The notes: generated from the sequence alone by a model not told the origin. 64,000 bases of DNA from an uncultured delta proteobacterium (GCA_963755705.1 CAVWKW010000003.1:836067-900066); one strand, 5' to 3'. Shown: positions 1-11,441, numbered from the stretch's first letter. Made by a program: numbers and translations.

Positions 1-1095
1 CGCGCCCTGGCCGAGCAGGCGGCGCGCCTCGTTGGTCGAGGGGGCGAACTTGATCTGCTTGATCAGCTCGCAGATCCAGATGTCGTTCGCAATTCGATAT
101 ACCGGCGCATTCGCCGGCACCTCGCCGCGCTGAAATTTCGACTCGAAATGTTCTCGCGCCGCACGGGCTGCATCGGCGTCGTGGTATTCGGTGACGATCA
201 ATCCGGCCAGACGCTTCTTGGCCTCCATCGGATGAACCGCATGCGTGCGAATCTTCTCGAGCTCGGCGGCCGGCGTGTCGGTTAGAAGCTCGTAGTAGCG
301 GAGCATCAGCGGATCTGGCACCGACATCAGCTTGCCGAACATCTGGTCGGGCGCCTCGGCGATCCCGACGTAGTTGCCCAACGACTTGGACATCTTGCGC
401 ACGCCGTCAAGACCTTCGAGCAACGGCAGCGTCATCACAACTTGCGGCTCATGCTCCATCGAGCGTTGCAGGTCGCGGCCCACCAACAGATTGAATTTCT
501 GATCGGTGCCGCCAATCTCGACGTCGGCGCCCAGCGCGACCGAGTCGTAGCCCTGGATTAGCGGGTACAGCAATTCGTGCAGGAACAGCGGCTCTTGCGC
601 CTCGAGGCGTTTTTCGAAATCGTCGCGCTCGAGCATCCGCGCCACGCTCTGCTTGGCCGCTAGCTGGATCAGCCGGCTGACGCCCATCTCGCCCATCCAT
701 TCGCTGTTGAAACGGACTTCGGTGCGATCGGGATCGAGAATTTTGAACGCCTGCGAGCGATAGGTCTCGGCGTTGGCCACAATCTCCTCGCGGCTTAAAG
801 GCGGCCGGGTCTCCGAGCGGCCGGTAGGATCGCCGATCATAGCGGTGAAATCCCCGACCAGAAAAATCACGGTATGCCCGTCATCCTGGAAATCGCGCAG
901 CTTCTTGAGCGTGAGCGAGTGCCCCAGGTGCAAATCCGGCGCGGTTGGGTCCATCCCGAGCTTGATCCGCAGCGGCCGCCCGAGCTTGAGCTTGGCCTCG
1001 AGTTCCGTGGGCGAAATGACTTCGACCGCGCCACGCACGAGCGCCCGCATCCGTTCGGCGCTGTTTCCGGTTTCTCTTTTCGCTGTTCCGCTCAC
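1..1095 (-). CDS. tyrS: tyrosine--tRNA ligase (runs off the window's left edge; C-terminus missing)
   Basis: Manual translation of the minus strand gives [44 protein letters not shown] (HIGH-like) and later KMSKS. Start is GTG 1095 or ATG 1050. Absent from the ORF track because it is truncated. Confidence 0.95.
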   Translation of the reverse strand, partial: MSGTAKRETGNSAERMRALVRGAVEVISPTELEAKLKLGRPLRIKLGMDPTAPDLHLGHSLTLKKLRDFQDDGHTVIFLVGDFTAMIGDPTGRSETRPPLSREEIVANAETYRSQAFKILDPDRTEVRFNSEWMGEMGVSRLIQLAAKQSVARMLERDDFEKRLEAQEPLFLHELLYPLIQGYDSVALGADVEIGGTDQKFNLLVGRDLQRSMEHEPQVVMTLPLLEGLDGVRKMSKSLGNYVGIAEAPDQMFGKLMSVPDPLMLRYYELLTDTPAAELEKIRTHAVHPMEAKKRLAGLIVTEYHDADAARAAREHFESKFQRGEVPANAPVYRIANDIWICELIKQIKFAPSTNEARRLLGQGA

Positions 1096-1222
1096 GGTCC
1101 TGCTCTTCGGACCATCAGCGTACCGGAAACCGGGGTCCGATCAAAAACCCCGTCCGTACCGGGCAGCCGCTGCGTGAGACATCAACGCGGAGCCCGCGGG
1201 TCGGGATAGCCCGACGCGATCG

Positions 1223-1690
1223 CTACGGCTTCTCGTGGTCGGGGCCGTGCGAGTTTCCTGGTGAGCGTGCGAATTGGCCGCGCCGGTGAGCCGGGGCCGA
1301 GACCACCAGACGGCGATGGCGCAAACGCGCGCGCAAGGCTGGCAGCGTGGCAAGGCGAAGGGTTCCGTCCTGCCGATGCCGCAGCGCGCAATCCAAATAT
1401 TTTCTGCGCCCGGTACCGCAAGCGCGTGGCAGCGTCCGCCGCGCGAAACACGCGGGACCGTAGAACTCGCCCAGCAGGAAGAATTGGACCTCGGTCAACT
1501 CGCCGACGCACGACCCGATCCGCAAGTAGTCGCCAAACGCGCCGCAATGGCGCACCAGCTCGCTTCGCGTCATCGAATGCGACCCCGAGTGCGGAGTGCC
1601 GGGATTGCCGCAGAGCAATGCGCTGATCCGGAAAAAGAACCGTAGCGCCGCGGCAGCCGAGCGGAACCTCGGACTGAATTTGCGATTCAT
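1223..1690 (-). CDS. hypothetical protein (Cys/Arg-rich)
   Basis: 155-aa ORF fills the gap upstream of tyrS on the same strand; no recognisable motif. Confidence 0.35.
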   Translation of the reverse strand: MNRKFSPRFRSAAAALRFFFRISALLCGNPGTPHSGSHSMTRSELVRHCGAFGDYLRIGSCVGELTEVQFFLLGEFYGPACFARRTLPRACGTGRRKYLDCALRHRQDGTLRLATLPALRARLRHRRLVVSAPAHRRGQFARSPGNSHGPDHEKP

Positions 1691-1817
1691 ATGCCCCCCT
1701 TTTCTGGCCCGCGGCTCCGCAAAAGCGCGCGGTATAGCGTCCGAGCCAGAATGCGGCGAGCCGTGATCGCTGTTCAGCCCGCCTCTAGATGCATACGTAG
1801 CGCAGGAATAGCGTGTT

Positions 1818-1880
1818 TGTCAACTAGTAGACATATTAAATATCTATTAGTTACCATACTGCTGATATTAATCTTCCTAC
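1818..1880 (-). promoter_or_regulatory. candidate sigma70 -35 (TTGACA) inside a TGTC-N8-GACA palindrome, with an AT-rich UP-like tract
   Basis: tgtcaactagtagaca at 1818-1833 reads TTGACA on the minus strand; 1830-1880 is very AT-rich in a GC-rich context. Confidence 0.35.
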
Positions 1881-1916
1881 AATCTGTAAAGGTCAGCGGA
1901 AGTGGTTGCCGCTTAC

Positions 1917-2570
1917 CTAAGCGCGCTGATTGTACCGGCCCATCGCGCGCTCCAGGCCATCGCCGACGATCGCCTCGGCCGCCTCGGCCGCGCGCGCCAG
2001 CGCTTTGGCGAACGCCTCGAGTTCGGGCGCACGCATCGGGCGCAGCAGATAGTCGCGCGGGTCGTCGCCTTCGGCCGGACGGCCCAGACCTATCCGCACG
2101 CGGATAAAATCAGTGCTGCCGAGAGACTCCGCGATCGAGCGCACGCCGCGGTTTCCGGCGTCGCCGCCGCCCTGCTTGATCCGCAGACGCTGCGCTTCAA
2201 GATCCATCTCGTCGTGGATCACGATCAGATTGGACGGAGAAATTTTAAAATATCCGAGAATCGCAGAGACGCAATCACCGGCGGCGTTGTAGAACGTCTC
2301 CGGCTCGACCAGGATCGCGCGATGGCCCGCAAGTTCGGCCTCGGCGGTGATGCCCGAAAATCGCCGGCGGTTCAGTTCAACGTTCTTGCTCCGCGCCAGA
2401 CGCTCGAGCGTCATGAATCCGACGTTGTGGCGCGAGCGCGCGTAGTCACCGCCCGGATTTCCGAGACCCGCGACCACCCATTCGATCGCGGCGCGCTCCT
2501 GCGCGGGTCCGTCGGAGGAAGAACGTTTCTGCCTGCGGAAGCCATCGAACAGCTTGCCGAGCTTGCTCAT
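1917..2570 (-). CDS. pth: peptidyl-tRNA hydrolase
   Basis: GLGNPG, RHNVGF, HDEMD motifs; ATG 2570 overlaps the hisC stop (ATGA). Confidence 0.93.
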   Translation of the reverse strand: MSKLGKLFDGFRRQKRSSSDGPAQERAAIEWVVAGLGNPGGDYARSRHNVGFMTLERLARSKNVELNRRRFSGITAEAELAGHRAILVEPETFYNAAGDCVSAILGYFKISPSNLIVIHDEMDLEAQRLRIKQGGGDAGNRGVRSIAESLGSTDFIRVRIGLGRPAEGDDPRDYLLRPMRAPELEAFAKALARAAEAAEAIVGDGLERAMGRYNQRA

Positions 2571-3706
2571 CGAGGACGGCGCGTGTCTGCGGACTGCTCG
2601 CCGACCAGGGGCGCGAGCGCACGAAACAGCGCGCGCATCTCGGCCGGAGTGCCGATCGAGATCCGGAGCGCGTCGCGCAACATCGGGGTCGCGAAATGCC
2701 GCACCAGTATTCCCGCCTGCCGGAGTCCACGCACCACAGGCGCAAGGTCGCGCCCCGTAATTCGCGCCAGCACGAAGTTGGCTTCCGAAGGCGGCACCAC
2801 GAAGCCGAGCTTGCGCAACCGCAGCACCGCGTCCGCGCGCGTCGCCTTGACGCGCTCCAGGTTGCGCCGCATCCATGCGTCATCGCCGAGCGCGGCCGCT
2901 CCCGCGGCAAGCGAAATCCGGCTCAGGTTGTAAGAATCTTTGACCTTGAGCAGCGCATCGATCACCGGCGGATGCGCAAAGCACAGCCCCAGGCGCATCC
3001 CGGCCAGCGAATACGATTTCGACAGTGTGCGGAGAATCACCATGTTCGGATGACGCCGCAACAGACGCAGCGCATTGTCCCTGGCGAAATCAACGTAGGC
3101 TTCGTCAACAATCAGCAGCCGGCCCTCGAGCGCGCGGGCGAGCGCGCCGAGTTTTGCGATCGGCGTAAAGCTGCCCGAAGGAGAATTTGGATTGCAGACG
3201 ATCGTCAGGCGCGCGCGAGCCTGCGCAAGTTCCTTCAGCGGAAGCGCGAAATCGCTGCCAAAGGGAATCCTGATTACGCGCGCCTCCTGAACCTCCGCCA
3301 GCGTGTCGTAAAGCGAGTAGGTCGGCACCGGATAGGCGACCTTGTCGCCCTCACCCAGCGCGGCCCTGAACACCATCGCGAGCAGCTCGTCGGAGCCATT
3401 GCCGGGCAGGATCATTTCGCGCGGCACCCCGTAGAGGCGCGCGGCCTCCGCAATAAATTCGTCGCCTCGCGGCGCCGGATAAAGCCGCAGTCCGTTGCGC
3501 GCCGCGCGCTCGACCGCGCGCCGCACCTTCGGCGACGGCGGATACGGATTTTCGTTGGTGTTGAGCTTGATCAGGCGCTCGCCCGCGCGCGGCTGCTCGC
3601 CGGGCGTGTACGCGGCCATCTGGTCGATCGAACGACGGAACATCGGGCCTGGCTTCCCTTCGCCGGCAGGTCGCGGCGGTTTGCGCTTGCGCGTCATTTC
3701 GATCAT
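2567..3706 (-). CDS. hisC: histidinol-phosphate aminotransferase
   Basis: KLNTNENPYPPS, VDEAY, RTLSKSYSLAGMRLG (PLP lysine); ATGA overlap with the upstream gene. Confidence 0.93.
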   Translation of the reverse strand: MIEMTRKRKPPRPAGEGKPGPMFRRSIDQMAAYTPGEQPRAGERLIKLNTNENPYPPSPKVRRAVERAARNGLRLYPAPRGDEFIAEAARLYGVPREMILPGNGSDELLAMVFRAALGEGDKVAYPVPTYSLYDTLAEVQEARVIRIPFGSDFALPLKELAQARARLTIVCNPNSPSGSFTPIAKLGALARALEGRLLIVDEAYVDFARDNALRLLRRHPNMVILRTLSKSYSLAGMRLGLCFAHPPVIDALLKVKDSYNLSRISLAAGAAALGDDAWMRRNLERVKATRADAVLRLRKLGFVVPPSEANFVLARITGRDLAPVVRGLRQAGILVRHFATPMLRDALRISIGTPAEMRALFRALAPLVGEQSADTRRPR

Positions 3707-4743
3707 TCGAGCGGCAACTCGACCCGAGCGCCGCTGCGCGCCGACCGGTAGCACGCATCGATCACCTCGACCGCGCGCAGGCCGTCGGCGCCGTCCGGAT
3801 ATGGCGCGGCGCGTCCACCGATCGCTTCGGCAAAATTGTGCGCGAGCGCGCGAAACGGCGCCAGCAGATCGTGCGGGTCGAACGACGCCATGATTTCCGC
3901 GCGGCCGTAGCCGGGCGCCTCGGACCCGTCGGCGCGCAAGATCGAAATATCGTTTCGCGGATAACCGAACATCACCCTGCCGCCGCTGCCATAGATCTCG
4001 ATCGCGGAGAGTCCGGGGGTGCTGCTCCAGCTAGCCTCGAGCACGCCGAGCGCGCCCGAGCGGAAGCGCAAGATCGCGACTCCGGTGTCCTCGACGTCGA
4101 TCTCTTTCCCAAGCGTGGCCACTTGTCCATCGACGGCCGCGACCGCGCCAAGATACCAGACCGCCAGGTCGGCAATATGCACGCCGAGATCGAGCATCGC
4201 GCCGCCGCCCGATTGGCTCGCCGTCGTGAACCATCGCTGACCCGGCGCCCATCCTTCCGGGCCGCCGTGCGACAGGCGCGCGCGGATGAAATGCGCAGTG
4301 CCGATCGCGCCCGCGTCGAGCGCGCGCTTGACCGAGGCTTCGATCGCTCCGTACCGCCGCTGCATCGCGACCATCAGCACGCGCCCTGCCGCGCGCGCGG
4401 CCTCGACCATCTGGCGTGCGTCGGCGGCATTGGGCGCCATCGGCTTTTCGCACAGCACGTGCGCTTTCGCGGCGATCGCGGCTAGCGCGTATTCGCAGTG
4501 CAGATGATTTGGAGTCAGAATCACCACCGCGTCGGGTTTTTCGCGCGCGAGCATCGTCGAGAAATCATCGTAGGCCGCCGGCCGCGCGCCGGCGTCAGGC
4601 CACATCGCCTCGGCCACCCGGCGAGCTTTCGCGAGCGTGCGGCTCTGCAGCGCGACAATCCGGAAATCGGCGACGCTCAAGAGCGCTGGAATATGCGCGC
4701 GTTCCGCAATCACGCCGGTTCCCGAAATTGCAACCCTGATCAT
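3703..4743 (-). CDS. Gfo/Idh/MocA-family oxidoreductase
   Basis: N-terminal Rossmann fold (GTGVIA), HVLCEKPM, GGGAMLDLGVH. Confidence 0.9.
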   Translation of the reverse strand: MIRVAISGTGVIAERAHIPALLSVADFRIVALQSRTLAKARRVAEAMWPDAGARPAAYDDFSTMLAREKPDAVVILTPNHLHCEYALAAIAAKAHVLCEKPMAPNAADARQMVEAARAAGRVLMVAMQRRYGAIEASVKRALDAGAIGTAHFIRARLSHGGPEGWAPGQRWFTTASQSGGGAMLDLGVHIADLAVWYLGAVAAVDGQVATLGKEIDVEDTGVAILRFRSGALGVLEASWSSTPGLSAIEIYGSGGRVMFGYPRNDISILRADGSEAPGYGRAEIMASFDPHDLLAPFRALAHNFAEAIGGRAAPYPDGADGLRAVEVIDACYRSARSGARVELPLE

Positions 4744-4760
4744 CCTTCTGGCCGCCACCC

Positions 4761-5021
4761 TTAATGCCCGACATCGCGCCGGACTTCACGCAGCATCCGT
4801 TTTCTGAATTCACGCGCGGTACATCGAAACTTGAACGCCTTGCGCTGGTTGATGAACAGCACTGGTACTTCCTGTCCGTATAAGGTCTCGAGCTCGGGCC
4901 GCTCGTCGAGCTCGACCCGCTCGAGGTGCGCGTCAAAGCGCGGCAGCTCCGCGCCGAGCACTTCTTCCATCTCGTGGCACAGCTCGCAATCGCGCCGTGT
5001 GTAAAGGATAAGCTCGATCAT
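4761..5021 (-). CDS. glutaredoxin-like protein (DUF836 type)
   Basis: LYTRRDCELC CxxC motif and YGQEVPVL; start re-set to MIELILY. Confidence 0.8.
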   Translation of the reverse strand: MIELILYTRRDCELCHEMEEVLGAELPRFDAHLERVELDERPELETLYGQEVPVLFINQRKAFKFRCTAREFRKRMLREVRRDVGH

Positions 5022-5103
5022 TGCGCGCAATCCGGCGAACGTCCGCTCCACTCTATCCGCGAACTTAAGGCAGTCCAAGCCGCTTGCGATTTCGCGCCGC
5101 CGC

Positions 5104-8100
5104 TCACTTGATCGTGTTGGGACGGATGATGTTGATCGGCAGGCCGAGGGTCTTCTTGACCAGTTCGGTCACCGAATGAATCGGCATCGGCACAATCGAC
5201 GGGTTGGCGATCGGACCATAGACATGCATGTACGCGGCGATGATCTCGCTGGTGCCGCCGGCGACATTGGTCCCGATCACGGGAATTTTGCTCACCAGCC
5301 AGTTGACCGTGTTGAATGGAAACAGCCCGAAGCTCATGTCCATCGTGTTCTGTGCGAGATTGAGGCTGCCGTTGGCGGTGATCGACATGACCGGTCCCTG
5401 GATCACGAATTGCTCAGTCCAGAACACGCCCCGCACGCCCTTCAAATCGACGAAGATGGTGTCGAACGGCAGGCCGGAGATGGTGGGATTGGGAATATTC
5501 GCGGTCAACCAGCTCTTCAGATCGATCATCGCGAGCATCCGTGAAATCACCGTGAAGCGATTGATCATGCCGTTGCGCATGGTCAGCGAGATCTTGCCGG
5601 CCAGCGTCTGAAAAAAATCCGAGTTGGTGTCGGCCCACAAATCCCCTGCCACCGACATCTTGCCCCGCACCGGCGGTTCCTTGTGCGTGCCAGAGAGCAT
5701 GAACAGAGGCCCGGAATCGATATCGACGACCTTGCCCTTGATTTGGACCCAGTCGTCTTTCTGACGTCCGCTGATGTCCAGGTCCATCACTCCGTGAAAC
5801 GCATTTGCGGTGAAGTTCCATACCCGCCAAGCGCCGTGGTCGTAGCTGAAATCGGTGCGGATGTTGGTCATCGGAAAGTCGCTCAAATGGCCCTTGGCGA
5901 CTTGGACGCGGCCCCTGACCGGCAGCGGAAAATGCGTCGGCGGCGTGGACGGCGACCACGGCATCCGGATGAATTTCAACACCTCGAAGTCGAGGTCCTG
6001 CGCGTTGGCGTCGATGTGCAGCACTGGATGCTCGAGATCCGCGATCGACATCGAGAAGGCAAGCGGCGCGCCCTCGAGCGTCGACGCCGGCATCGCCACC
6101 TGCATGGTGCGCCGCGTGAACGTGATCGTCGTGCCCTGCACCAGCATCGGCGAGCGCATGAAGCCGAATTTCACCTCGCCCTGGTTGAGCACAAACCTGC
6201 CGTCGGCGAGCAGGTCGCCGTGCCGCGCGGGATCAGCGCGCAGCTGGACCTTGCCGCCGATCGGCCCCGTTACCTGCAGGTCGGTAGGATCGACCACCAG
6301 CGCCAGCCACAGTCCCGCCTCCATCTGGTGAATATCAATAGTGGCCTTGCGGATGCTGGCGCCGTTGCGGTCGAAGCCCAGGACGCCGTTGACGGTGCCG
6401 TCGCCACCGGTGGTTGCGAGCGCAATGTGATCGAGCGTGAGTATGCCGGGTTCGATCAGTATAACGCCGCGGCGAAACTCGACCGGCGCGGGCGTGCCTT
6501 TTACCGTGACAACCAGCCGATTGGCTTCCAGGCGAACCTGATATTTGTCGGGCGGCGCAGGATGGTCAGGAACCAGGCGGCCCTCCGCGCTCAGCGCGAT
6601 CAGGATCCTGCCCCCGACCGATGCGAGGCGTTTGCGCGCTTCGAACTTGAGCGCCTCCATCGCGCGCATCTCGGCCGCGTAGAGATCGGCCATGTCGGCG
6701 TTGGCCTTGATCGCAAGGCGGTAGGGAATCCGGCTGAGCCCTCCGGCCAGATCGAGCCGCACCGCGATGTCACTCAACTGCGAGCGTCCGAGGGTCGCCG
6801 ATCCCTCGCTCGCATTCAAAACCCCGCCCGAGTAGTTCAGCGCCACCGCCAGATTGGAAATCGGCGGCAGCCGCAGATCGGAGGGCAACGGAAACGCCGC
6901 GCGCGAAAGCACCGCCGAAAACTGCAATCCTTCGCGAATCGAGTCGAGCGGTTTTGATCGGAACTTCGCCACCGTGGTGGTAAATTCGGCGGCCGCGAGT
7001 GACAGGTTTGCCGCGCTGACCTGATCGAGGGCGGCGCTCAGCGAGCGCGGCACTTCGCGAATATGCCGGAGCTGAGCCCGCACCGCGACCGCATCCACCG
7101 CAATTCCGCCGACATGAATCCTGACCTTGGGATCCTTGCCGAATGGATCCGTAACTTCCGCGTCACCCGAGAACAGTTCCTTGCCGGCATGATTGACAAC
7201 CACTCGATGCAGGATCGAGGACTCGGCCGACGCGGAAAAGTTCAGGCTGACAGAGTAACCTCCCAGCGGGTCGGGACCAGTAAGATCCCTGCCGGAGAGC
7301 GTCAGGCCTTTGAAGCTCATCGCGCCGCTGCCGGTGGCGGTGCCGTCATCGCCAAGTCCGAAGTCGAATTCTCCGGCACTCTCGCCCTCGGCACGCAGCG
7401 CGGCGGCCGCCGTCAGCGGTCCAAGCCGCGCATTCCAGTACATCACCTTGCCGCTCGCGACCTGATGCGGCGGAGTCTCGCGCCCGATTCCTCCACGCAG
7501 ATGTCCTGCTATACGCAGCCCGGCCAGAGGCTCGCGGACAAGGCGCGCGTCGAACGAAACGTGCCATACCGCGGAATCCCATCGCTTTCGATACGCGTTC
7601 ATCTCGACCCGATCGATCACGGTGCTTCCCGCCGAGTCGCGAACCGTTGCGTTGGTGATCTCGACTCGCCACGTGACGTTGCCGAGATCGTGCAGCGGAA
7701 TGAGCAGCCCCTGCACCGCTTCAGCGCCGGACATCGGCAGCGGCACCGAGGCGAGCTCGGAAGAACGCATCGGAACGGTAATGTCGGGACTTTCGAGCGT
7801 GAGACCGGCAAGCGGCAGTCCGCGCGAGAATAGCAATGCGTGGTAACCGATCGTCGCCCGGATTCGCGAGAGCTTGACGACCTCATGCGAGCCGCTTACC
7901 ACGCGCGGATCGTCGAGCTCGATTACCAGATGATCCCGCAGATGAAGATGAGATCTCGCGGGCGCGATATCCAGGCCGGTGCGGTTCTTCACCGCCGTCA
8001 GCATCGCGGCAACCAATCGCCCGCGATTGAGATAGACGCCAACGGCTCCCGCGGCAAGCAGGACCACAATCGAAAGGATAACTATCGCGGCGAGCCGCAG

Positions 8101-8154
8101 GATTCGCATTCTTGCCCGCTGGGGCCTTGCTGGTGCGAGTGACTTGGGCGGCAA
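5104..8154 (-). CDS. AsmA-like protein (N-terminal anchor, AsmA C-terminal domain)
   Basis: 1016 aa with an N-terminal TM helix, beta-rich body and AsmA_2-like C-terminus (GPVMSITANGSLNL...PFNTVN..V.KIPVIG). Confidence 0.75.
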   Translation of the reverse strand: MPPKSLAPARPQRARMRILRLAAIVILSIVVLLAAGAVGVYLNRGRLVAAMLTAVKNRTGLDIAPARSHLHLRDHLVIELDDPRVVSGSHEVVKLSRIRATIGYHALLFSRGLPLAGLTLESPDITVPMRSSELASVPLPMSGAEAVQGLLIPLHDLGNVTWRVEITNATVRDSAGSTVIDRVEMNAYRKRWDSAVWHVSFDARLVREPLAGLRIAGHLRGGIGRETPPHQVASGKVMYWNARLGPLTAAAALRAEGESAGEFDFGLGDDGTATGSGAMSFKGLTLSGRDLTGPDPLGGYSVSLNFSASAESSILHRVVVNHAGKELFSGDAEVTDPFGKDPKVRIHVGGIAVDAVAVRAQLRHIREVPRSLSAALDQVSAANLSLAAAEFTTTVAKFRSKPLDSIREGLQFSAVLSRAAFPLPSDLRLPPISNLAVALNYSGGVLNASEGSATLGRSQLSDIAVRLDLAGGLSRIPYRLAIKANADMADLYAAEMRAMEALKFEARKRLASVGGRILIALSAEGRLVPDHPAPPDKYQVRLEANRLVVTVKGTPAPVEFRRGVILIEPGILTLDHIALATTGGDGTVNGVLGFDRNGASIRKATIDIHQMEAGLWLALVVDPTDLQVTGPIGGKVQLRADPARHGDLLADGRFVLNQGEVKFGFMRSPMLVQGTTITFTRRTMQVAMPASTLEGAPLAFSMSIADLEHPVLHIDANAQDLDFEVLKFIRMPWSPSTPPTHFPLPVRGRVQVAKGHLSDFPMTNIRTDFSYDHGAWRVWNFTANAFHGVMDLDISGRQKDDWVQIKGKVVDIDSGPLFMLSGTHKEPPVRGKMSVAGDLWADTNSDFFQTLAGKISLTMRNGMINRFTVISRMLAMIDLKSWLTANIPNPTISGLPFDTIFVDLKGVRGVFWTEQFVIQGPVMSITANGSLNLAQNTMDMSFGLFPFNTVNWLVSKIPVIGTNVAGGTSEIIAAYMHVYGPIANPSIVPMPIHSVTELVKKTLGLPINIIRPNTIK

Positions 8155-8175
8155 GCTGACAGGCGCGAGCCGCGC

Positions 8176-10023
8176 CTAGTCGCCCTCGGCCATTCCCTCA
8201 CCGGCCGTTTCCGAGAACCCGGCGCGATGCTTGTTGCGCAGCGCGGTCTTGAGGACGCGATTGCGGATGCGAACCGACTTCGGCGTAACCTCGACCAGCT
8301 CTTCCTCGTCGATCCATTCGAGCGCGAGGTCGAGTGTCATCGGGCGGGCCGGCGAGATCCGGACCGCTTCGTCGTGGCCGGACGCGCGCATGTTCGTGAG
8401 CTTCTTCTCGCGGCACACGTTGACCGGAAGATTTATCTCGCGCGAGTACTCGCCCAGGACCATGCCTTCATAAACCGGCTGTCCGGGCGAAACGAAAAAA
8501 CGCCCGCGCTCTTGCAGATGAAAGATTGCGTACCCGGTCGCGGCGCCTTCGCGGTCTGAAACCATCGCACCGTTGGCGCGTGACAGGATCGGTCCGGCCC
8601 ATGGCGCGTAGCCGTTGAAGAGCGAATTCAGCACGCCGCTGCCGCGGGTATTTTCCAGGAACTTGCCGCGAAATCCGATAAGCCCGCGCGCCGGAACATC
8701 GTACTCGAGCCGTACGCGGCCGCCCGGATGCGTCACCATCGTGCGCATCTTTCCCTTTCGGACCGAAAGCAATTGCGTAACCACGCCGATATGCTCTTCC
8801 GGAATATCGACCATCAGGAGTTCCATCGGCTCGAGCAACTGACCGCCCGATTGCCGGGTGAGGACCGTCGGCTTGGAAACCTGAAGCTCGTAACCCTCAC
8901 GCCGCATGGTCTCGACGATCACGGCGAGCTGCAATTCGCCGCGTCCCATGACCCGCCACGCGTCGGGCGAAAGCTGCTCGACCCGGATACTGACGTTGCG
9001 CCGCGATTCGAGATCGAGCCGTTCGCCGAGCTTGCGCGAAGTAACGTAGTCGCCTTCGCGGCCGGCCCACGGCGAGTTGTTGACTGAAAAGGTCATCGCG
9101 ACGGTGGGTTCGTCGATTCGAATCGGCGCGAGCGGACGCGGGTTTTCGAGGTCCGCAATCGTTTCGCCAATCGCGACATCCTCGAGCCCGGCGATAATCA
9201 CAATGTCGCCCGCTTTCGCCGACTGCGCTTCAACGCGCTTGAGCCCCTGCCAGCTATACAGATGAGCGATCTTTACCGTGATCCGCGAACCGTCCAGCCG
9301 GCAGAGCGAATAGTTCTGCCCAACCGCGATCGAACCCGCCAGCATCCGGCCAATCGCCAGGCGGCCGACGTAGTCGTCGTAGTCGAGATTGTTGACTTGA
9401 AGCTGCAAGGTCGCGTCGGGATCGACCTCGGGTCCCGGAAGATGCTCGACGATCGCGTCGAACAGCGGGCTCAGATTAGTGCCGGGAACTTCGAGCTTGC
9501 TGGTCGCCGTGCCGGTGCGGGCATTGGTGTAGAACACCGGGAAATCAAGCTGCACGTCGTTCGCGTCAAGGTCGATGAAGAGATCGTAAACCTCGTCCAG
9601 GACTTCGACCGCGCGCGCGTCTGAACGATCGATCTTGTTGATGCAGACCATCGCGGTCATCCCGGCTTCGAGCGCCTTCTTCAGCACGAAGCGGGTCTGC
9701 GGCAGCGGGCCCTCGGACGCATCGACCAGCAGCAGAATACCGTCAACCATCGACAGCGTGCGTTCGACCTCGCCGCCGAAATCGGAATGGCCGGGAGTAT
9801 CGACGATATTGATCCGCGTCGAGCCCCACACGATCGAGGTGTTTTTCGCCATGATCGTGATGCCGCGTTCGCGTTCGAGCGCAAACGAGTCCATCACGCG
9901 GTCCTGCACGTTCTCGTTGGCGCGAAACACTCCCGATTGACGCAGCATCGCGTCCACCAGGGTGGTTTTGCCGTGGTCAACGTGCGCCACAATTGCAAGA
10001 TTTCGAATGTCTGGTCGTCGCAT
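8176..10023 (-). CDS. typA: translational GTPase TypA/BipA
   Basis: [45 protein letters not shown]; [11 protein letters not shown]. Confidence 0.97.
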   Translation of the reverse strand: MRRPDIRNLAIVAHVDHGKTTLVDAMLRQSGVFRANENVQDRVMDSFALERERGITIMAKNTSIVWGSTRINIVDTPGHSDFGGEVERTLSMVDGILLLVDASEGPLPQTRFVLKKALEAGMTAMVCINKIDRSDARAVEVLDEVYDLFIDLDANDVQLDFPVFYTNARTGTATSKLEVPGTNLSPLFDAIVEHLPGPEVDPDATLQLQVNNLDYDDYVGRLAIGRMLAGSIAVGQNYSLCRLDGSRITVKIAHLYSWQGLKRVEAQSAKAGDIVIIAGLEDVAIGETIADLENPRPLAPIRIDEPTVAMTFSVNNSPWAGREGDYVTSRKLGERLDLESRRNVSIRVEQLSPDAWRVMGRGELQLAVIVETMRREGYELQVSKPTVLTRQSGGQLLEPMELLMVDIPEEHIGVVTQLLSVRKGKMRTMVTHPGGRVRLEYDVPARGLIGFRGKFLENTRGSGVLNSLFNGYAPWAGPILSRANGAMVSDREGAATGYAIFHLQERGRFFVSPGQPVYEGMVLGEYSREINLPVNVCREKKLTNMRASGHDEAVRISPARPMTLDLALEWIDEEELVEVTPKSVRIRNRVLKTALRNKHRAGFSETAGEGMAEGD

Positions 10024-10138
10024 TTTCTGGAGGCGGATACTAAAGCGCGGCCGAGCCGTGCCGGTTCGCCCGCGTGTCGAGATTATACCTGCTGCAAGCG
10101 GCCGAGTAAACGCGGCTGTTAAAAGGAACTCCTCAAGT

Positions 10139-10687
10139 CTACGGCGGTGGCGCGAGCTGCTTTTGCTCGTGCTGCTTCAGCCGGTTCAGGATTTCGCGCA
10201 TATTCTCGACCTCGCTGACCTTCCAGATTCCCGCCTCGCGCTTGAAGTGAATCCCCCAGGTCTTGCCCTGGCGGTCGGTGAACCTGGTGTATGCCGTATC
10301 GCCGCTGCGATGCATCAGCACGATCGAGCCGAGCACCGCGGCGGCCGGCATCTGCACGTCGCGGTCGCCATCTTCGACCTTCTGCCTGGCTTGCGCTTCG
10401 AGCAGATCCGCCGCCGGCTTCGACAGCATCGCGATCGCAGCCTGTCCGACCAGCGCGCCCAGCGGATTGTTGGCCGCCTGCTCCTGCACCATTTGCTTCC
10501 CGGCCCCTTCGACCACGCTTTGGAAATCGACGTAGCGCGCCGCGGCGTCACCGTCACGCGCGTCGATCGCCTGCTTCATCCATAGCACCGACCAGGTAGG
10601 CGAATTCGGAATGTAATAGCCAAGCCACCAACCCAGGACGATGAGGACCAGAATTGCGGTGAAATGGCGCAGCGCGAAACGCAGCAT
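10139..10687 (-). CDS. DUF2939-like membrane-anchored protein
   Basis: N-terminal TM helix followed by SP..S.....AI.ARD......YVDF.SV, the pattern I recall for DUF2939. Confidence 0.65.
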   Translation of the reverse strand: MLRFALRHFTAILVLIVLGWWLGYYIPNSPTWSVLWMKQAIDARDGDAAARYVDFQSVVEGAGKQMVQEQAANNPLGALVGQAAIAMLSKPAADLLEAQARQKVEDGDRDVQMPAAAVLGSIVLMHRSGDTAYTRFTDRQGKTWGIHFKREAGIWKVSEVENMREILNRLKQHEQKQLAPPP

Positions 10688-10694
10688 CAGAGAC

Positions 10695-11441
10695 TCATCG
10701 CGGACGGAGCAGGCTCGCCGCGGCTTTGTCGATCATCCACACGACCTCGCCATCCTCGGGCGCGATCAGTTGGGCCGGAAAGCGGTCGGGATCGCGCGGA
10801 CCCTCGATCACGTCGCGCACCGCCTCGGCCTTGCCCGCTCCGGTCGCGATAAACATCAGGCGCTGCGCATGATTCGCAAGCGCGGCCGTAAACGAGATTC
10901 GATTCGGCGGGTCGGCGGCAACCTTGACCGGGATCACCATGCGACGCGTTTCATGCAGCGCGCTCGTGTCTCCGGGAAAGAGCGAAAGCGTGTGCCGGTT
11001 ATCGCCCAGCCCGAGCATGATCAGATCGAAGCGCGGAAGTTCACCCTGGCCGGCGTTGAACGCGCGGCGCAACCCTTCTTCATACGCGAGCGCCGCCGCC
11101 TCGGGCGCAAGCTCTCCGGCAATACGATGAATCTGCGCCGGCTTGAGCGGCAGCTTCGACAACATCGTGCGATTCGCCATCGCGTAGTTCGAGAGCGGAT
11201 CCGACGCGGGAACGCATCGCTCATCACCCCAGAAAAATTGCACTTCCTTCCAATCGACGCTCAGCTCGAAGCGCTCCGCGATCACTTCGTAGACCCCGGC
11301 CGGAGTGCTGCCGCCGGAAAGCGCGATCATGAACTCGCCGTGAGTGCATACCGCCTCGCCGGAGTAGTGGACAATTTCCTCCGCCGCGTGAACGTACACC
11401 GACTGGGGATCGTCAAGAACGATTATCTTTGGCTCGCTCAT
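10695..11441 (-). CDS. pgl: 6-phosphogluconolactonase
   Basis: IALSGGSTP, FWGDERCVP, LGLGDNRHTLSLFPG. Confidence 0.95.
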   Translation of the reverse strand: MSEPKIIVLDDPQSVYVHAAEEIVHYSGEAVCTHGEFMIALSGGSTPAGVYEVIAERFELSVDWKEVQFFWGDERCVPASDPLSNYAMANRTMLSKLPLKPAQIHRIAGELAPEAAALAYEEGLRRAFNAGQGELPRFDLIMLGLGDNRHTLSLFPGDTSALHETRRMVIPVKVAADPPNRISFTAALANHAQRLMFIATGAGKAEAVRDVIEGPRDPDRFPAQLIAPEDGEVVWMIDKAAASLLRPR

